From an uncultured Eubacteriales bacterium (GTDB taxonomy: Bacteria; Bacillota; Clostridia; Oscillospirales; UBA644), in NCBI GenBank assembly GCA_934454405.1, contig CAKSFN010000007.1, positions 64,321-128,320 on the forward strand: 64,000 nt of DNA, written 5' to 3'. The notes under the pieces were generated by a model that was given only the letters and a program-made list of their open reading frames with translations, was not told where the DNA came from and searched no databases. Position 1 is the first letter of the stretch. Every line of letters starts with the position of its first letter. This document shows, piece after piece, positions 61,992-64,000 of the stretch. Both the position numbers and the translations under genes were made by a program.

Positions 61992-63296
61992 TCAAACCGT
62001 CTCAAAATACTTTTCAATTTCAAAAGATATTTTGTCGTCCGCCTGCAAATAAGACATACACTCGTTTCGTTTTTCGGCAATATATGTTTTGACCGCATAT
62101 TCCGGCAAAACGGAACGTACAAATGCGGAGGACGCGCCGAGCTCAACCGCCTCGTAAAGACTGTTCGGAAGAGAAACGAGACCGTCCGTAACACCGCAGG
62201 GCGCTTTATACAGGGTTTGTTCGATAGGTTTTCTGACGGGGAGCTTGTGTTCAATTCCGTATATGCCCGCGTTGAGAAGCAGCGTCAGCGCCGCATACGG
62301 GGAACACGCGGGGTCTGCGGAGCGAATCTCCACCCTCTTGTTCGCGTCGGGCGCGGCGGGAATCCTGACCAGCTGGGAACGGTTCGTGTTTGACCATGCA
62401 ACATACTTCGGCGCCTCAAACGAACCGAAACGCGCGTATGAATTTGTCAGAGGGTTCATAAACATCGTTATTTCGTCAATATATGTCAAAACGCCCTCAA
62501 TAAAGCTTTCGGCAACTTCCCTTTCGGACAGAAAAACATTTTTTCCGTTCTTATAAAGAGAAACGTGAAAATGCAGTCCGCTTCCGCTTTTATCGGGAAA
62601 CGGCTTCGGCATAAACGAGGCGAAAAGATTGTGCTGCGACGCAAGCGTTTTTACAACGGAACGGTATGTGATATAATTGTCAACGGCCGTGACCGCCGAA
62701 GAATATCTGAAATCTATCTCGTTCTGACCGGGACCCCTCTTATGCTGGGAGCTCTGCGGTCTTATGCCCATTTCTTCGAGCGTCAGGCATATTTCACGTC
62801 TTATGTCGCCGCCCTTGTCTCTCGGCGAAATATCCATATAACCGGCGCTGTCAAGAGGTGTTCGCGTCGGATTTCCGTCAGAATCGCATTTGAAAAGGTA
62901 AAACTCACTTTCAATTCCGACCTTACATTCGTATCCGAGCCCGAGCAGCCGTGAAACCGCCTTTTTCAGCGCGTAACGCAAGTCGCTTTCAAACGGAGAC
63001 CCGTCCGTGTGCCGGATATCGCAGAACAGGTGCAGTTCCTTCTCTCCCGAAGTCGACCAGGGAAGCAGCGTCATTGTTTCCGGTTCGGGAAAAAGCAGAC
63101 AGCTGACGCTTTCTTTGTCGGTAAAGCCGGGAATATCCGAGGCGTCGAACGAGATTCCGTTTTCAAAAATTCTCGGCAGCTCCTCAGGCATTACGCATAT
63201 ATTTTTTTGATTTCCGTAAATGTCGCAAAAAGCAAGGCTGACGAATTTTACTCCGTTATCCTCCGCGTAGCGCATTATCTGTTCGTAATCCTTCAT
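61992..63296 (-). CDS. glnA: glutamine synthetase (type I-like)
   Basis: 434 aa from ATG 63296, with an AGGAA RBS 8 nt upstream. It has a GS beta-grasp N-domain and a catalytic domain (SGLHFHVSL, NPLTNSYARF). The ORF track extends to TTG 63314. Confidence 0.9.
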   Translation of the reverse strand: MKDYEQIMRYAEDNGVKFVSLAFCDIYGNQKNICVMPEELPRIFENGISFDASDIPGFTDKESVSCLLFPEPETMTLLPWSTSGEKELHLFCDIRHTDGSPFESDLRYALKKAVSRLLGLGYECKVGIESEFYLFKCDSDGNPTRTPLDSAGYMDISPRDKGGDIRREICLTLEEMGIRPQSSQHKRGPGQNEIDFRYSSAVTAVDNYITYRSVVKTLASQHNLFASFMPKPFPDKSGSGLHFHVSLYKNGKNVFLSEREVAESFIEGVLTYIDEITMFMNPLTNSYARFGSFEAPKYVAWSNTNRSQLVRIPAAPDANKRVEIRSADPACSPYAALTLLLNAGIYGIEHKLPVRKPIEQTLYKAPCGVTDGLVSLPNSLYEAVELGASSAFVRSVLPEYAVKTYIAEKRNECMSYLQADDKISFEIEKYFETV

Positions 63297-63326
63297 CGCA
63301 AGCATTCCTATCAATTTATTATATCA

Positions 63327-63355
63327 ATTATAATACAAATAGTGCGCGTTGTCAA
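63327..63355 (-). promoter_or_regulatory. perfect consensus promoter of glnA
   Basis: On the minus strand, TTGACA (63355-63350), a 17-nt spacer, then TATAAT (63332-63327). Confidence 0.7.
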
Positions 63356-63405
63356 TATTCATATATAAAAAGCCCTGAATTCAATGAAAGTTTGCTCGTA
63401 TAAGG

Positions 63406-63434
63406 TTGACAACCCAAACAAAAAATGATATAAT
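63406..63434 (+). promoter_or_regulatory. consensus extended -10 promoter of asnA
   Basis: TTGACA at 63406-63411, a 17-nt spacer ending in TGA, then TATAAT at 63429-63434. Confidence 0.7.
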
Positions 63435-63481
63435 TCAGTTTAATTATAAATCATTTTTAACGGAGAAACAGGTGTAAAAGA

Positions 63482-64000
63482 ATGAGTAAAACTTTTGTTC
63501 CGACGGGTTATTTCCCGAAGCTGAACCTTTATGAAACGCAGACCGCCATCGGCTTCACAAACAGAACCTTTGAAGGGTATCTGAGCGAAGCACTCAATTT
63601 AAAAAGGGTTTCCGCTCCCCTGTTCGTAGACCCCGAATCGGGGCTTAACGACGACCTGAACGGCGTTGAGCGTCCCGTACAGTTTGAGCTGGCTGACTCC
63701 GGAAAACAGGCGCAGATAGTTCACTCTCTCGCAAAATGGAAAAGAATGGCTCTTTATAAATACGGCTTCCGCATCGGAAACGGGCTTTATACAATTATGA
63801 ATGCGATACGCCGCGACGAAGAGACGGACAATCTCCATTCGGTTTATGTCGATCAGTGGGACTGGGAAAAAGTCATCGACGAAAAGACACGCAATATCGA
63901 TTATCTGAAAGCGACCGTAAAATCCATCGTCGGAGCGATCTGCGACACGCTTGACGATCTGAAGGTAAAGTTTCCGCAATTAGACACAACGCTGAAAAGA
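63482..64000 (+). CDS. asnA: aspartate--ammonia ligase, N-terminal part (3' end lies outside the window)
   Basis: The frame is open to the window edge. The N-terminus MSKTFVPTGY...LYETQTAI...RVSAPLFV...GLNDDLNGVERPV matches AsnA signatures. Confidence 0.88.
   Translation, partial: MSKTFVPTGYFPKLNLYETQTAIGFTNRTFEGYLSEALNLKRVSAPLFVDPESGLNDDLNGVERPVQFELADSGKQAQIVHSLAKWKRMALYKYGFRIGNGLYTIMNAIRRDEETDNLHSVYVDQWDWEKVIDEKTRNIDYLKATVKSIVGAICDTLDDLKVKFPQLDTTLKR

Noticed and set aside
1-64000. CRISPR arrays, IS elements or transposases, rRNA genes, prophage or known defence-system genes.
   Set aside because: Reading both strands, I saw no regularly spaced repeat array, no transposase or integrase-like ORF other than the Xer-like recombinase, and no rRNA-like conserved stretches.

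Overview
This 64-kb window looks like a chromosomal segment of a Firmicutes/Clostridia-type genome. That assignment is inferred from gene content, GGAGG ribosome-binding sites and many TTGACA-17-TATAAT promoters. GC content is near 50% by eye and coding density is high. I call about 62 protein genes, one tRNA and one large non-coding RNA. I saw no transposase, CRISPR array, rRNA or obvious defence system. Gene blocks in order are as follows. (1) A housekeeping run: DUF1385 (partial), prmC, ddl, a DUF1934-like gene, argS and tadA. (2) A 2-oxoacid/acetoin-type dehydrogenase operon in the order Zn-ADH, E2, E3, then a fused E1 alpha-beta. (3) A Zn-ribbon membrane protein, a LysR regulator divergent from a DUF1275 pair, an orphan GH-like protein and tatD. 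(4) A complete nine-gene V/A-type ATPase operon. (5) A 590-nt unexplained spacer followed by a Xer-like tyrosine recombinase. (6) A DUF3343 gene with a cysteine desulfurase, then cdaA-cdaR, a FAD-dependent dehydrogenase and an RseC-like gene. (7) A long minus-strand array: rhodanese lipoprotein, Rrf2 regulator, small Cys-motif membrane protein, MsrAB lipoprotein, CcdA, TlpA, a repeat protein, an OmpR/HK two-component system, then lipoprotein-MBOAT-DHHW. (8) A low-GC islet next to a stand-alone tRNA-Pro(CGG). (9) A fucose block: fucU, fucI, a sugar ABC transporter and a divergent AraC regulator. (10) recN-argR-nadK-tlyA, preceded on the same strand by a 4-TM protein and a roughly 620-nt ORF-free structured region. 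I interpret that region as an OLE-class RNA with its OapA partner, and it is the most notable element of the window. (11) A lipoprotein, an 839-aa GH-A-like protein, an S1-domain protein, a membrane protein, glnA and asnA (partial). All family assignments rest on motifs read by eye and on gene context. No database search or RNA covariance model could be run.
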